DNA of 35,904 nucleotides from Nitrospirales bacterium (GTDB lineage Bacteria; Nitrospirota; Nitrospiria; Nitrospirales; Nitrospiraceae): NCBI GenBank assembly GCA_040004695.1, contig JBDUAJ010000001.1, positions 1 to 35,904 of the forward strand, read 5' to 3'. Shown piece by piece: positions 25,308 to 34,133 of this stretch (position 1 is its first letter; each line of letters starts with the position of its first letter). The notes under the pieces were generated by a model. It saw only the letters and a program-made list of their open reading frames with translations, ran no database searches and was not told where the DNA came from. The position numbers and the translations under genes were made by a program.

Positions 25308-27218
25308 ATGTGTGGAATAGCCGGGATACTGCGGCATGACCGGAGTCCGGTGGAACGTGTGACTCTTGAACGGATGGTGCGAGCCATGGTCCATCGTGGG
25401 CCGGACGACGAAGGGATCTGGCTTGACCGCACAATCGGATTGGGTCATCGGCGACTCAGCATCATTGATCGAGCGACCGGTCATCAGCCCCTGTGCAATG
25501 AAGACGAGAGCGTATGGATTACGTTCAACGGCGAAATCTATAACTATCAAGAGATCCGAGAGGAACTGCTGGCCAATGGGCATACCTTCCGGACCCGGAG
25601 CGACACAGAGGTTATCGTCCATCTGTATGAAGATCTGGGTGAGGGCTGTGTCCAACGGCTGCACGGCATGTTTGCCTTTGCCATTTGGGATCGCCGCACG
25701 GAGACGTTGCTGCTGGCACGGGATCGAATGGGTATCAAGCCGCTGTACTATGCCGCCACATCCCGTCTGTTCGCCTTTGCCTCTGAGGTCAAGCCGCTCC
25801 TGACCATCGATGAGATTCAGACATCACTGAATCATCAAGCGTTACACGATTATCTGACCCATCGCTATACGACGGCCCCCCAGACCATGTGGCAGGGAAT
25901 CCAAAAGCTGGAGCCCGGCCATCTCATGATCGTGAAGGACGGCCAGATCTCGAAGAAAGCATATTGGGACCTGGACTTCAGTAAGAAGCTTGTAGGCTCG
26001 GAAGAGGACATGATCGAGGAGTGCAAGCGGCGTCTTCGTGCCAGTACGAAGAGCCATCTGGTTGGTGAAGTGCCGCATGGGGTGTTTCTCAGTGGAGGAT
26101 TGGATTCGACCGTAATTACGGGCTTGGTATCGGAGCTGTCAGGAAAACAGGTCAAGACGTATTCGGTCGGCTTCGCCACGGCAACGGGGAATCACCATGA
26201 CGAGTTGCCATACGCTCGAATCGCCGCGGAGTATTTCAAGACGGATCATCATGAGATCCTGATGACGGGTCAGCAGTATGCAGACGGCTTACAAGATGTT
26301 GTGCACTGCATGGAAGAGCCGATGGCGGATCCATCCGCCGTGCCCTTGTACTATCTGTCTCAACTGGCCAGGAAATCGGTCACGATTATGTTGTCGGGCG
26401 AAGGCAGTGATGAACTGCTCGCGGGCTATGGCTTCTGGCGGGCATTAAAGGGGTACCGACGGGCAGAGTGGTATCACTCCATTCCACGGCCTCTTCGCAG
26501 ATGGGGTCTCAAGCCGTTGAACGATTTGCTCCTCCGATCTCCGCGGATCGCACGGTATCTCGAGTTGGGAGAACGACCTCTCTCGCATTATTTCCAGACC
26601 AGTCCGGCGCAGATGACCAATGTCTTTTCTGAAGAGATGAAACGAGCCATGTACGGAGCGGCATGGGACGGAATCGGCCTCTCGTCGTCCGCTGACGTCA
26701 TTCGTGGGGCCTACGAGCGCGCGGCGCGATTCGAGCCGCTCGATCAAATGCTCTATGCCTATTCTAAACAATGGCTTCCAGAGGATCTGCTTCTCAAGGC
26801 CGACAAGATGACGATGGCCCATTCCGTAGAATTGCGGGTGCCGTTTCTCGATCATTCCTTTGTGGAATTCGCTGCCAGCCTGCCTCCCCATATGAAGCTG
26901 CGCAAGACCGGGCGGAATAGTTACAGCGAAAAGTACATTCTGCGGAAGGCGGTTGAAGGTATGATTCCCGATGCCATTCTCAATCGGGAGAAGGTCGGGT
27001 TTTTTGTGCCCGTGTGGACCTTATTCGATACGGACTTGAGAACAATGGCCTGGGACTTATTCCGCTCTCGCTCGTTTACGCAGTCAGGATTGTTTGATGA
27101 ACGACGGATGTCGCGGCTGCTGGAGGAAGTCCCTGACGGAACCGGAGGGGATTGGTGGCTGCTCTGGCCATTGCTGGTGTTTGCGATTTGGCAACAAGAA
27201 TATCAGCACGTCACGTAA
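25308..27218 (+). CDS. Asparagine synthetase B-like glutamine amidotransferase (EPS/exosortase-locus-associated type)
   Basis: ATG at 25308 lies 7 nt after GGAGA. The N-terminal nucleophile is MCGIAGI. GATase II motifs are HRGPDD and HRRLSIID. The PP-loop is VFLSGGLDSTVI. A C-terminal Asn_synthase domain is present. Confidence 0.9.
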   Translation: MCGIAGILRHDRSPVERVTLERMVRAMVHRGPDDEGIWLDRTIGLGHRRLSIIDRATGHQPLCNEDESVWITFNGEIYNYQEIREELLANGHTFRTRSDTEVIVHLYEDLGEGCVQRLHGMFAFAIWDRRTETLLLARDRMGIKPLYYAATSRLFAFASEVKPLLTIDEIQTSLNHQALHDYLTHRYTTAPQTMWQGIQKLEPGHLMIVKDGQISKKAYWDLDFSKKLVGSEEDMIEECKRRLRASTKSHLVGEVPHGVFLSGGLDSTVITGLVSELSGKQVKTYSVGFATATGNHHDELPYARIAAEYFKTDHHEILMTGQQYADGLQDVVHCMEEPMADPSAVPLYYLSQLARKSVTIMLSGEGSDELLAGYGFWRALKGYRRAEWYHSIPRPLRRWGLKPLNDLLLRSPRIARYLELGERPLSHYFQTSPAQMTNVFSEEMKRAMYGAAWDGIGLSSSADVIRGAYERAARFEPLDQMLYAYSKQWLPEDLLLKADKMTMAHSVELRVPFLDHSFVEFAASLPPHMKLRKTGRNSYSEKYILRKAVEGMIPDAILNREKVGFFVPVWTLFDTDLRTMAWDLFRSRSFTQSGLFDERRMSRLLEEVPDGTGGDWWLLWPLLVFAIWQQEYQHVT

Positions 27219-27247
27219 GCTATGGTTGATTCCTTCAACAGGTCTAT

Positions 27248-28606
27248 ATGAAGCGTGTCTTAATAGTCAGCTACTACTATCCACCTAGTTCGGCGGTCGG
27301 TGCGGTGCGGCCCAGTAAATTTGCCGACTATCTTCCTGCGTTTGGATGGCACCCGACAATCGTGACCGCCACCGCTCGGTCAACCGCGACGCACAGCGAT
27401 GTGGGGGAGGGCTGCAATAATGGCGCAGTGCGCGCCGTCGTCTATCATGCGGCAGAATGGTGGCATCCTTTGAAGGCGTATGAGCGGATTCGAGAGCGGG
27501 CTGCGGCGAAGCGTGGAAAGATTGATGAGCATGCGGCGAAGATCATTATGCCCTATGCGCAATGCTACGATGCAACCCGTGGCGGGTTGAAGCGATGGCT
27601 CTTAGCGTTTCTATGGTTACCAGACCGCGAGACAGCATGGCTTGTGCCGGCCGTCCTCCGTGGGTTGCGTGAGATGCGCCGGTCCGGCGTACAGCATGTC
27701 ATTACCACGGGTCCCCCGTTTACCTGCCATCTCATAGGGTTGGCCCTCAAATGGCTGACCGGGGCGAGATGGATCGCTGATTTTCGTGATCCCTGGTCGT
27801 TACGCCATAAATTTCCCATTTTTCGCAATGGCGCCACCGATAAGGTCGAATCAAGGCTCATTGCGGCCGTCATGCAACATGCCGATGTTATCCTCTCTGT
27901 GACGGACGCGATGACGGATGAGGCAAAAAACGAACATGCCAGTGTGCCACATGAACGATTCCACACCCTCATGAGCGGGTTCGATCCCGATGACTTTTCC
28001 GGCATCAACTGGACTCGGCCGTACCCCGACCCTGTCATCTTTTCCTATTTCGGGACGTTCTATCATGGGCGCACGCCGGAGCCGTTTCTTGGCGCCTTGA
28101 AGAGTTTGCTCGATGACGGTTCGCTGAAGCCTCGTGATATTCGTGTACGATTCGTCGGCCAAGTGAGTCTCGCCGATGGACAGCCGGTGGTTGAGATGCT
28201 CCGATATCTCGGCGTGGAAAGCCTGGTCAGCCTGCATACTCCCGTACCCCGTCGTGAGGCATTGAAGCAAACGTTGGAGTCGCACGTCGCCCTGGTGCTG
28301 GATGAACGGCATCCGGTGCAGATCCCGCTGAAACTCTACGACGCCATGGCGGCAGGTGTCACGGTATTTAACGTCGGTAGCGGTGGATCATCAGCCGATG
28401 TGTTACGGCGAACCGGGCGCGGCGTATCGGTGAGCTATGAGCGTCCGGCCGATGTTCGCGCAGGGATTTTGGAATGTGTGAAACGTGCGCGTTCGGCCGT
28501 GACGACGTGTTCTGCCACGCCCTGGGACGATCCGGCCATTCAAGAATTTCATTTCGGTCATCTCACCGGCCGTCTGGCAACCTATCTGGACACGTTGTCA
28601 CCATGA
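27248..28606 (+). CDS. GT-B (GT4-like) glycosyltransferase
   Basis: N-terminus MKRVLIVSYYYPPSSAVGAVRPSKFADYLPAFGWHPTIVT and the internal segment TTGPPFTCHLIGLAL...DFRDPW fit the family. The C-terminal region LKLYDAMAAGVTVFNVG resembles a degenerate EX7E segment. Confidence 0.7.
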   Translation: MKRVLIVSYYYPPSSAVGAVRPSKFADYLPAFGWHPTIVTATARSTATHSDVGEGCNNGAVRAVVYHAAEWWHPLKAYERIRERAAAKRGKIDEHAAKIIMPYAQCYDATRGGLKRWLLAFLWLPDRETAWLVPAVLRGLREMRRSGVQHVITTGPPFTCHLIGLALKWLTGARWIADFRDPWSLRHKFPIFRNGATDKVESRLIAAVMQHADVILSVTDAMTDEAKNEHASVPHERFHTLMSGFDPDDFSGINWTRPYPDPVIFSYFGTFYHGRTPEPFLGALKSLLDDGSLKPRDIRVRFVGQVSLADGQPVVEMLRYLGVESLVSLHTPVPRREALKQTLESHVALVLDERHPVQIPLKLYDAMAAGVTVFNVGSGGSSADVLRRTGRGVSVSYERPADVRAGILECVKRARSAVTTCSATPWDDPAIQEFHFGHLTGRLATYLDTLSP

Positions 28607-29925
28607 AGCGACAAAGCGCGATGCCTGAATCCCAGCTCCTCACCACCATGGTGGACGGTGAGGTGTCGATCGAGCCTACGCGCTTTGTTCCAGCGGGATC
28701 TGTGAGAAGGCGTCTGCGGGTGCTTCCACCGGCCGGCGGTCCTATTCCTTCTGGGGCGGTCCTGTCGAGCCTTCGGCAATGTCTACACGCATCGGCCCTG
28801 CGATCTTACGGCGACACGATCGAGCGGCAATTAACGGCATGCATCGGGCCTCAGCACTGGGTATTGACGAATTCGGGTCGCTCGGCCTTGAGCCTCGTGC
28901 TAATGGCCTTGCGCAGTCGGCGCCCTCAGTGCGATGAAGTCATCATCCCCGCCTATACGTCGTATTCGGTACCGGCGGCCGTCGTCCGAGCCGGGCTTCG
29001 GGTGAGATTGTGTGACATCGAACCGCGCACGTTAGGGCTTAATCCAGAAGCACTAGTACGAACCATGACAGATCGTACGCTTTGTGTCGTCCCTCATCAT
29101 CTGTTCGGCCTGCCGTCCCGCATTCGCGAAATTTGCAACGTCGCTACTGACGCGCGCGTCCCAGTGGTTGAGGATGCGGCTCAAGGTCTGGGTGTTTCGT
29201 GCGAAGGTCAAAAGGCCGGAATGTTCGGACAGGCCTCGATCTTCAGTGTCAGCCGTGGCAAAAATATTCCAGGAGCGGGGGGGGGGCTCATCGGTCTCCA
29301 CGATGAAGCATTAGCCGCTGCGTGTCGGGCTTTGCTTGATAACGGAACTCGGAACTCAACCCAAACCCTCGGACTAAACGGTGCTATCGAAACTCTTCTC
29401 ATGGCGTGGTTCATACGCCCATCTCGATACTGGCTTCCGGCATCGCTGCCCTTTCTTCAATTAGGAGCGTCGCGGTTTGATCCCACATTCTCTGTGTCCC
29501 CTATGACACGGTTTCAACAGGCATTGCTCACGTATCTTCTTCCGAACGCACCGATCTTACAGGAGGGCAGGCAGGAGAGAGCGCTCCGTTTGAGAGAGGC
29601 ATTGCGAGGGACGAAGGTGGACGTGCTCTGGCCTCGTGAAGAAGATAAAGGCGCGTATTTACGGTTGCCCGTCCTTATTCCAACGCAGCACATGAAAGAA
29701 CGACTCCTGGGAGAATTGAATCGTCGAGGATTGGGATCGACCGGAGGCTATCCGCTGCCTCTCTCGAAACTTCCGGCGCTCCGGTCTTTTGTGTCACACC
29801 CGGATCAAGAGTATCCGGTCGCGGATGGCGTCAGTCGACGTCTGATAACCCTACCCACCCATGTCTGGGTCACTGATCGAGATATTGAAGAAACGGCTGA
29901 GGTGGTGTCGCAATGCGTGTCATAA
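28603..29925 (+). CDS. DegT/DnrJ/EryC1/StrS-family PLP-dependent sugar aminotransferase-like protein
   Basis: ATGA overlap (28603-28606). Motifs are TNSGRSALSLVLMAL, VIIPAYTSYSVPAAV and VVEDAAQGLG. The candidate PLP lysine is in FSVSRGKNIPGAGGG. Confidence 0.75.
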   Translation: MKRQSAMPESQLLTTMVDGEVSIEPTRFVPAGSVRRRLRVLPPAGGPIPSGAVLSSLRQCLHASALRSYGDTIERQLTACIGPQHWVLTNSGRSALSLVLMALRSRRPQCDEVIIPAYTSYSVPAAVVRAGLRVRLCDIEPRTLGLNPEALVRTMTDRTLCVVPHHLFGLPSRIREICNVATDARVPVVEDAAQGLGVSCEGQKAGMFGQASIFSVSRGKNIPGAGGGLIGLHDEALAAACRALLDNGTRNSTQTLGLNGAIETLLMAWFIRPSRYWLPASLPFLQLGASRFDPTFSVSPMTRFQQALLTYLLPNAPILQEGRQERALRLREALRGTKVDVLWPREEDKGAYLRLPVLIPTQHMKERLLGELNRRGLGSTGGYPLPLSKLPALRSFVSHPDQEYPVADGVSRRLITLPTHVWVTDRDIEETAEVVSQCVS

Positions 29926-31286
29926 CGAATACGGCTGAACCCTCGTATAAGATCAGCCCGAAGAGCAAGGCAGTGCTTCCTCTAGGAATGGTGTTGTTTC
30001 TGCTGTACGCCTGGGTGTGTGTCGGACGCCCTCAGGAAATGGTGCCCGCTTTAACGGTCCTCAGGCTTGGTCTCGTCACTGGGGGATTGGCTCTATTGGC
30101 CTGGTTTCGTGCGCCGGGTTGGTTTACGGAAAAAATTCCTATCGAGGTGCCCATTGTACGGGATGTGATGATTCTTCTCGGTGTAGCATTGATTACCGTG
30201 CCGATCGGCGTGTGGCCAGGCCACAGTCTCCTCTTTTTGTTCAATGTATTTTTGAAGACCATACTGCTTTTCTTCATGGTGATCTACTGGTGCCGTACCG
30301 TTGGCGATGTCCGTCGGCTTCTGTGGGTGTATTGCATCGCCTCCGTGGCTGTCGTGATACCGGGAGTTATTTTTGGCCAGACCGGACAGGAACGGTACTC
30401 CGTCGGATCATTGAGCTATGATCCAAACGACATTGCGCTTTTGCAAGTGATGGCCCTTCCGTTGATCGTCTATTTGTACTCGACGTCAGGTCGACATGCC
30501 AGATTCGTCTTGGCTGGCATGGCATTGCTCTGTCTCTATGGGGTTGTCCTGACGCAATCGCGAGGAGGGTTTTTGGCGTTAGTTGTGGCCGGAAGTCTGA
30601 TTCTGTCGCGCAGCAGCATGAGCCGGTCTACCAAATTGAGCATTGTGGTCGTGGGGCTCGTGGTATTCGGCGTGCTGGCCGGGACGGCATGGAAGGAGCG
30701 CATTCGGACAATGTGGGATCCGCAAACGGAATATGATCAGACGGCCGGAGGCCGTACGGATGTCTGGAAAGCGAGTCTCGTATTGTTGGCCACACATCCT
30801 TGGGGAGTGGGCATCGATAACTTTGTCACGGCTGAAGGACTGTCACATGGCGGCACAGGAAAATGGAGCGCCTCGCATAATTCATTTCTTGAAATTGCGG
30901 TAGAGCTGGGAGTCGTAGGATTGGCAGTCTTTATTAGGCTGCTCGTGTGGACGATGAGCACCCTTCGTCAAATCAAAATGAGCATTAGGCCGAGGGCGCC
31001 AACTGTGTTCGTGCGGAAGGTGACTTCTAAACGGGCTACCACAGCACCTCAGGAACTTGACGAGCGTGGACATCTGTTTCAGCTGGCTGAAGCGGTGCAG
31101 GTCACTCTGTGGGGATTCATTGTAGGCGGTTTTTTTCTCTCTCAAGCCTATAGCGCGATGCTCTACGTCATGTTGGCGTTAAGTCTTGTGTTGGCACGCC
31201 TTGCTCAATTGAGAAGCGTCACCCCCAATGCGGCCTGGCGCCGTTCCCCTGCAGCGGCCGTTGAGCCCGGGCTTCGCACACACTGA
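29913..31286 (+). CDS. O-antigen ligase/Wzy-like polymerase (exosortase-locus O-glycosylation-ligase-like)
   Basis: 457 aa with about 10 TM segments. A periplasmic loop contains the Wzy_C-type motif SHNSFLEIAVELGVVGL. There is a 13-nt overlap with the previous gene; a later start at 29988 is possible. Confidence 0.8.
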   Translation: MRVITNTAEPSYKISPKSKAVLPLGMVLFLLYAWVCVGRPQEMVPALTVLRLGLVTGGLALLAWFRAPGWFTEKIPIEVPIVRDVMILLGVALITVPIGVWPGHSLLFLFNVFLKTILLFFMVIYWCRTVGDVRRLLWVYCIASVAVVIPGVIFGQTGQERYSVGSLSYDPNDIALLQVMALPLIVYLYSTSGRHARFVLAGMALLCLYGVVLTQSRGGFLALVVAGSLILSRSSMSRSTKLSIVVVGLVVFGVLAGTAWKERIRTMWDPQTEYDQTAGGRTDVWKASLVLLATHPWGVGIDNFVTAEGLSHGGTGKWSASHNSFLEIAVELGVVGLAVFIRLLVWTMSTLRQIKMSIRPRAPTVFVRKVTSKRATTAPQELDERGHLFQLAEAVQVTLWGFIVGGFFLSQAYSAMLYVMLALSLVLARLAQLRSVTPNAAWRRSPAAAVEPGLRTH

Positions 31287-31376
31287 TGATGGATAGACTG
31301 AGCAACAAAGGTGCATGGCTAAGCGATGGAGCGGATGTGAATCCATCCCGCAACCGACCGTGTGAGGATTCCTGAC

Positions 31377-32261
31377 ATGGAAAGCACGTGTCCATTCTGC
31401 TCTCAACCGATGCTGCACCCAGTGTGTCCTGCCTTCTGGCACGGTGGACAGCCCTTTAAGTGCCAAGCATGCGGGGGCGGCATCTATGCGGGCGGGCGGG
31501 ATGAAGAGTTGAGCTATTGGACGGAAGGGGATGCCAATGTGACCGTGTACCGTGATCCTGCGGTGGCTGCTGCATTTACCAGAAAATTCGAGCGATATCG
31601 ATCGGTGCTGCCGGCGCTGCCGGCGAGCGGAGGCACACTGTTGGAAGTCGGGTGTGGTGCTGGGCTATTTTTGACCTGGGCTGCGGCAGAAGGATGGAAT
31701 GTGTCCGGGATCGACATCAGTCCCCAAGCGATTGCCTTGTCCCGGGAAGCGTGCCCAAAGGCAAACCTATTTTGCGGGGCCATTGAGGAGATCTCCTATC
31801 CCCCAAAGAGTGTCGATTGTGCCGTGCTATGGGATGTGATTGAGCACGTTCAATCGCCGGAAACGTTGCTCAAGTCGGTTGCGCGGGTTCTTGCTCCGGG
31901 GGGCCTTATCTTGCTTGAAACGCCCGACGAAGGTTGCTTGCCGAGACGTCTCGTCCGTGGAGCCCATAGACTGACGAAGGGCCGGATCAATGCGCTGCCC
32001 TACCTCTATTATCCGGCACACAAATGGTATTACACCCGCAGCGCCATGCAATTGGCTCTTTCTCGCACCGGGTTTGAAAATGTGTGTTTCTATCGTGAGC
32101 GAACGGTAGGGGAACTCGCGGCCCGTAAACGTCGGCACTATCATGCCGCTCCATCATTCTCACACAAAGTCTCGCATGCAGTTCTCGAAGCGGTGAGCAT
32201 CGTGCCGGTGCTGCGAAATAAGATGGTAGTGGCCGCGAAGAAATCCCCTATTGGTGCGTGA
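31377..32261 (+). CDS. Class I SAM-dependent methyltransferase with an N-terminal Cys4 zinc-ribbon-like segment
   Basis: CPFC...C-x2-C is present (MESTCPFCSQ...FKCQACGG). SAM motif I is LLEVGCGAGLF, and WDVIEHVQSP...LAPGGLILLETPD follows. Start taken as ATG 31377; the listed GTG at 31362 is also possible. Confidence 0.75.
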   Translation: MESTCPFCSQPMLHPVCPAFWHGGQPFKCQACGGGIYAGGRDEELSYWTEGDANVTVYRDPAVAAAFTRKFERYRSVLPALPASGGTLLEVGCGAGLFLTWAAAEGWNVSGIDISPQAIALSREACPKANLFCGAIEEISYPPKSVDCAVLWDVIEHVQSPETLLKSVARVLAPGGLILLETPDEGCLPRRLVRGAHRLTKGRINALPYLYYPAHKWYYTRSAMQLALSRTGFENVCFYRERTVGELAARKRRHYHAAPSFSHKVSHAVLEAVSIVPVLRNKMVVAAKKSPIGA

Positions 32262-32454
32262 CTATTCATCAAGGTTATCTCCGTAAGTGCACTATGACCT
32301 TCTCAAGAACAGGGTTTCCTACACTAACCGCCGAGCATTACCGATAGGTCTTCAGCCAGAAATCCATATACAGTGGCGCCTAGATCAAGCGTCTGTGCCT
32401 CCTGGCTGTCCACCATGCAGTCGATCAATGCCATCATCTAGACGGGTCTGATGT

Positions 32455-32991
32455 GTGAAGCTGTTTGAGCCGCTCAAAGTGGGTGGGTGGATGTTGGTGG
32501 AAAAATTACTTCGGTGGTGTATTCACCCGCGACTACGTGCACGTTGTTTACATATATTGGGCGCTCGCATCGGCGCGCGAGCAAGGATCTACGAAATCAT
32601 GTTGATTAATCCGTTCGCCGGCTTTTCGAATTTGACGGTGGGAGAGGACACGGTAATTGGCACGGGGACGACGATCGATCTGACCGGTCAGGTGGAAATC
32701 GGCAGCCATACTGCGGTCGCGCCCGGATGTATGTTCATGACCCATAGCGACCCGGGTTCGCGAATCGGCAACCGGTTATGTGCGCTGTATCCACGGACCA
32801 TCTCGCCGATCCGGATCGGCGACCATGTGTGGATCGGCGCGCAGACCTTGGTGTTGGGGGGAGTCGTGATCGGCAATGAAGTCGTGATCGGCGCCGGATC
32901 GCTGGTGATGAAAGATGTTCCAGCCGGCGTGGTGGCCTATGGACGTCCCGCCGTGTTCACCCGCTCCTTGAGTGAGGTTCACTCGGCATGA
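32455..32991 (+). CDS. Left-handed beta-helix (hexapeptide repeat) acetyltransferase
   Basis: Hexapeptide repeats are visible in IGDHVWIGAQTLVLGGVVIGNEVVIGAGSLVMKDVPAGVVAYGRPA. The start is GTG 32455 or ATG 32491. Confidence 0.8.
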   Translation: MKLFEPLKVGGWMLVEKLLRWCIHPRLRARCLHILGARIGARARIYEIMLINPFAGFSNLTVGEDTVIGTGTTIDLTGQVEIGSHTAVAPGCMFMTHSDPGSRIGNRLCALYPRTISPIRIGDHVWIGAQTLVLGGVVIGNEVVIGAGSLVMKDVPAGVVAYGRPAVFTRSLSEVHSA

Positions 32992-34133
32992 AGCTCCATC
33001 GTGTTCCCAGTCCGAGCCGGGACGACTGGAATCGATTTGTCACCGCCCAGCCAGGCGCGACGATTTGCCAAGCCTATGAGTGGGGAGAAATTCGCCGTAC
33101 CCATGGCTGGGAACCGCACTATCTTGCTCTTGAACGAGGGGGAGAATGGGTCGCGGCCGCACTGATCCTGACGAAGCGGCTTCCGGCCGGCCTCGGGACG
33201 ATACTCTATTCCCCGAGAGGCCCGATGGTCACAGGCGGGGAAGGCGCGGTGCAGACATTAGTCGAGGCGGTGGGTCTTCTGGCGCGAAACTGTGGCGGCC
33301 TGTTCTGGCGTGTCGAGCCGCCGGTTCAGGATGGGGAGTTCTTTCTCACGAGTCAACTGACGAAGGCGGGATTCATCCCCGTGGCCCAAGAGTGGTCTTA
33401 CTGGAATCGGCCCAAATACGAGATGCAATTGAATATCGCCAACGGAGAAACGGCCGTCTTTGCCAAGCTAGGCAGTAAAATTCGTACGAAAATCAGGCAT
33501 GCCTCCAAACGTGGGGTGGTCATCGACGAAGGATGCGGGGAGCAGGACATTGAAAGTTTTTATCGCCTGTTAAAGAACACGGGGACAAAGAAACGGATTC
33601 CCGTGCGAGGGTTGGATTACTTTCACGCTCTCTATCGAACCCTCATCAAATCCGGCATGGCTCGTCTGTTTTTGGCCCGTAGGGATTCCACTCCTGTTGC
33701 AGGAGGTCTGACCGTTCGGTACGGATCTATGGCGACGTTGCTCTATCTCAGCAACGACTATTCTATGCAACGAGCCGGATGGGCAGTGCAATGGGAGATG
33801 CTGCGATGGGCGATGGCGCAGGGGTGCAGCACCTATGATTTTGGCGGCACGGGCACTAGTTATCCCCCTCAAGAAACCGATAAGGGCTACGGTGTCTATC
33901 AGTTTAAACATAGCTTTGGTGCTCAAGTCGTACAGTGGTATGGCTATGCGGATTATGTGTTCCGCCCCCTCTCGTATCAGGCCTTTCGCCTCATCGAGCG
34001 GCAGCTTCCTTATGGAGAACGTCTGTTCATCGAATGGCCGAACCAGCTTCTCCATCGATGGCGCCCGAGAGCCTTACACGCCGATCCTTCGAAGGCCCCG
34101 GCAACGGGCCAAAACGATCTAGAGGAATCATGA
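32988..34133 (+). CDS. FemAB-family protein, paralog 3
   Basis: ATGA overlap (32988-32991). N-terminus is WNRFVTAQPGATICQAYEWGEIRRTHGW. Other matching segments are KIRTKIRHASKRGV, RLFLARRDSTPVAGGLTVRYGSMATLLYLSND, WEMLRWAMAQGCSTYDFGG and YQFKHSFGA. Confidence 0.8.
   Translation: MKLHRVPSPSRDDWNRFVTAQPGATICQAYEWGEIRRTHGWEPHYLALERGGEWVAAALILTKRLPAGLGTILYSPRGPMVTGGEGAVQTLVEAVGLLARNCGGLFWRVEPPVQDGEFFLTSQLTKAGFIPVAQEWSYWNRPKYEMQLNIANGETAVFAKLGSKIRTKIRHASKRGVVIDEGCGEQDIESFYRLLKNTGTKKRIPVRGLDYFHALYRTLIKSGMARLFLARRDSTPVAGGLTVRYGSMATLLYLSNDYSMQRAGWAVQWEMLRWAMAQGCSTYDFGGTGTSYPPQETDKGYGVYQFKHSFGAQVVQWYGYADYVFRPLSYQAFRLIERQLPYGERLFIEWPNQLLHRWRPRALHADPSKAPATGQNDLEES

Noticed and set aside
31192-31204. 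Sigma54-like TGGCAC...TTGC.
   Set aside because: The spacing between the elements is 3 nt instead of the canonical 5 nt, and the site lies inside the O-antigen-ligase-like CDS.
15232-34129. Long N-terminal extensions of the ORF-track entries starting at 15232, 15900, 20647, 22485, 23669, 25194, 28474 and 33935.
   Set aside because: The extensions overlap the 3' ends of the preceding genes in other frames. Family-typical N-termini begin at internal ATGs, which form ATGA/TGATG overlaps or follow SD-like sequences.
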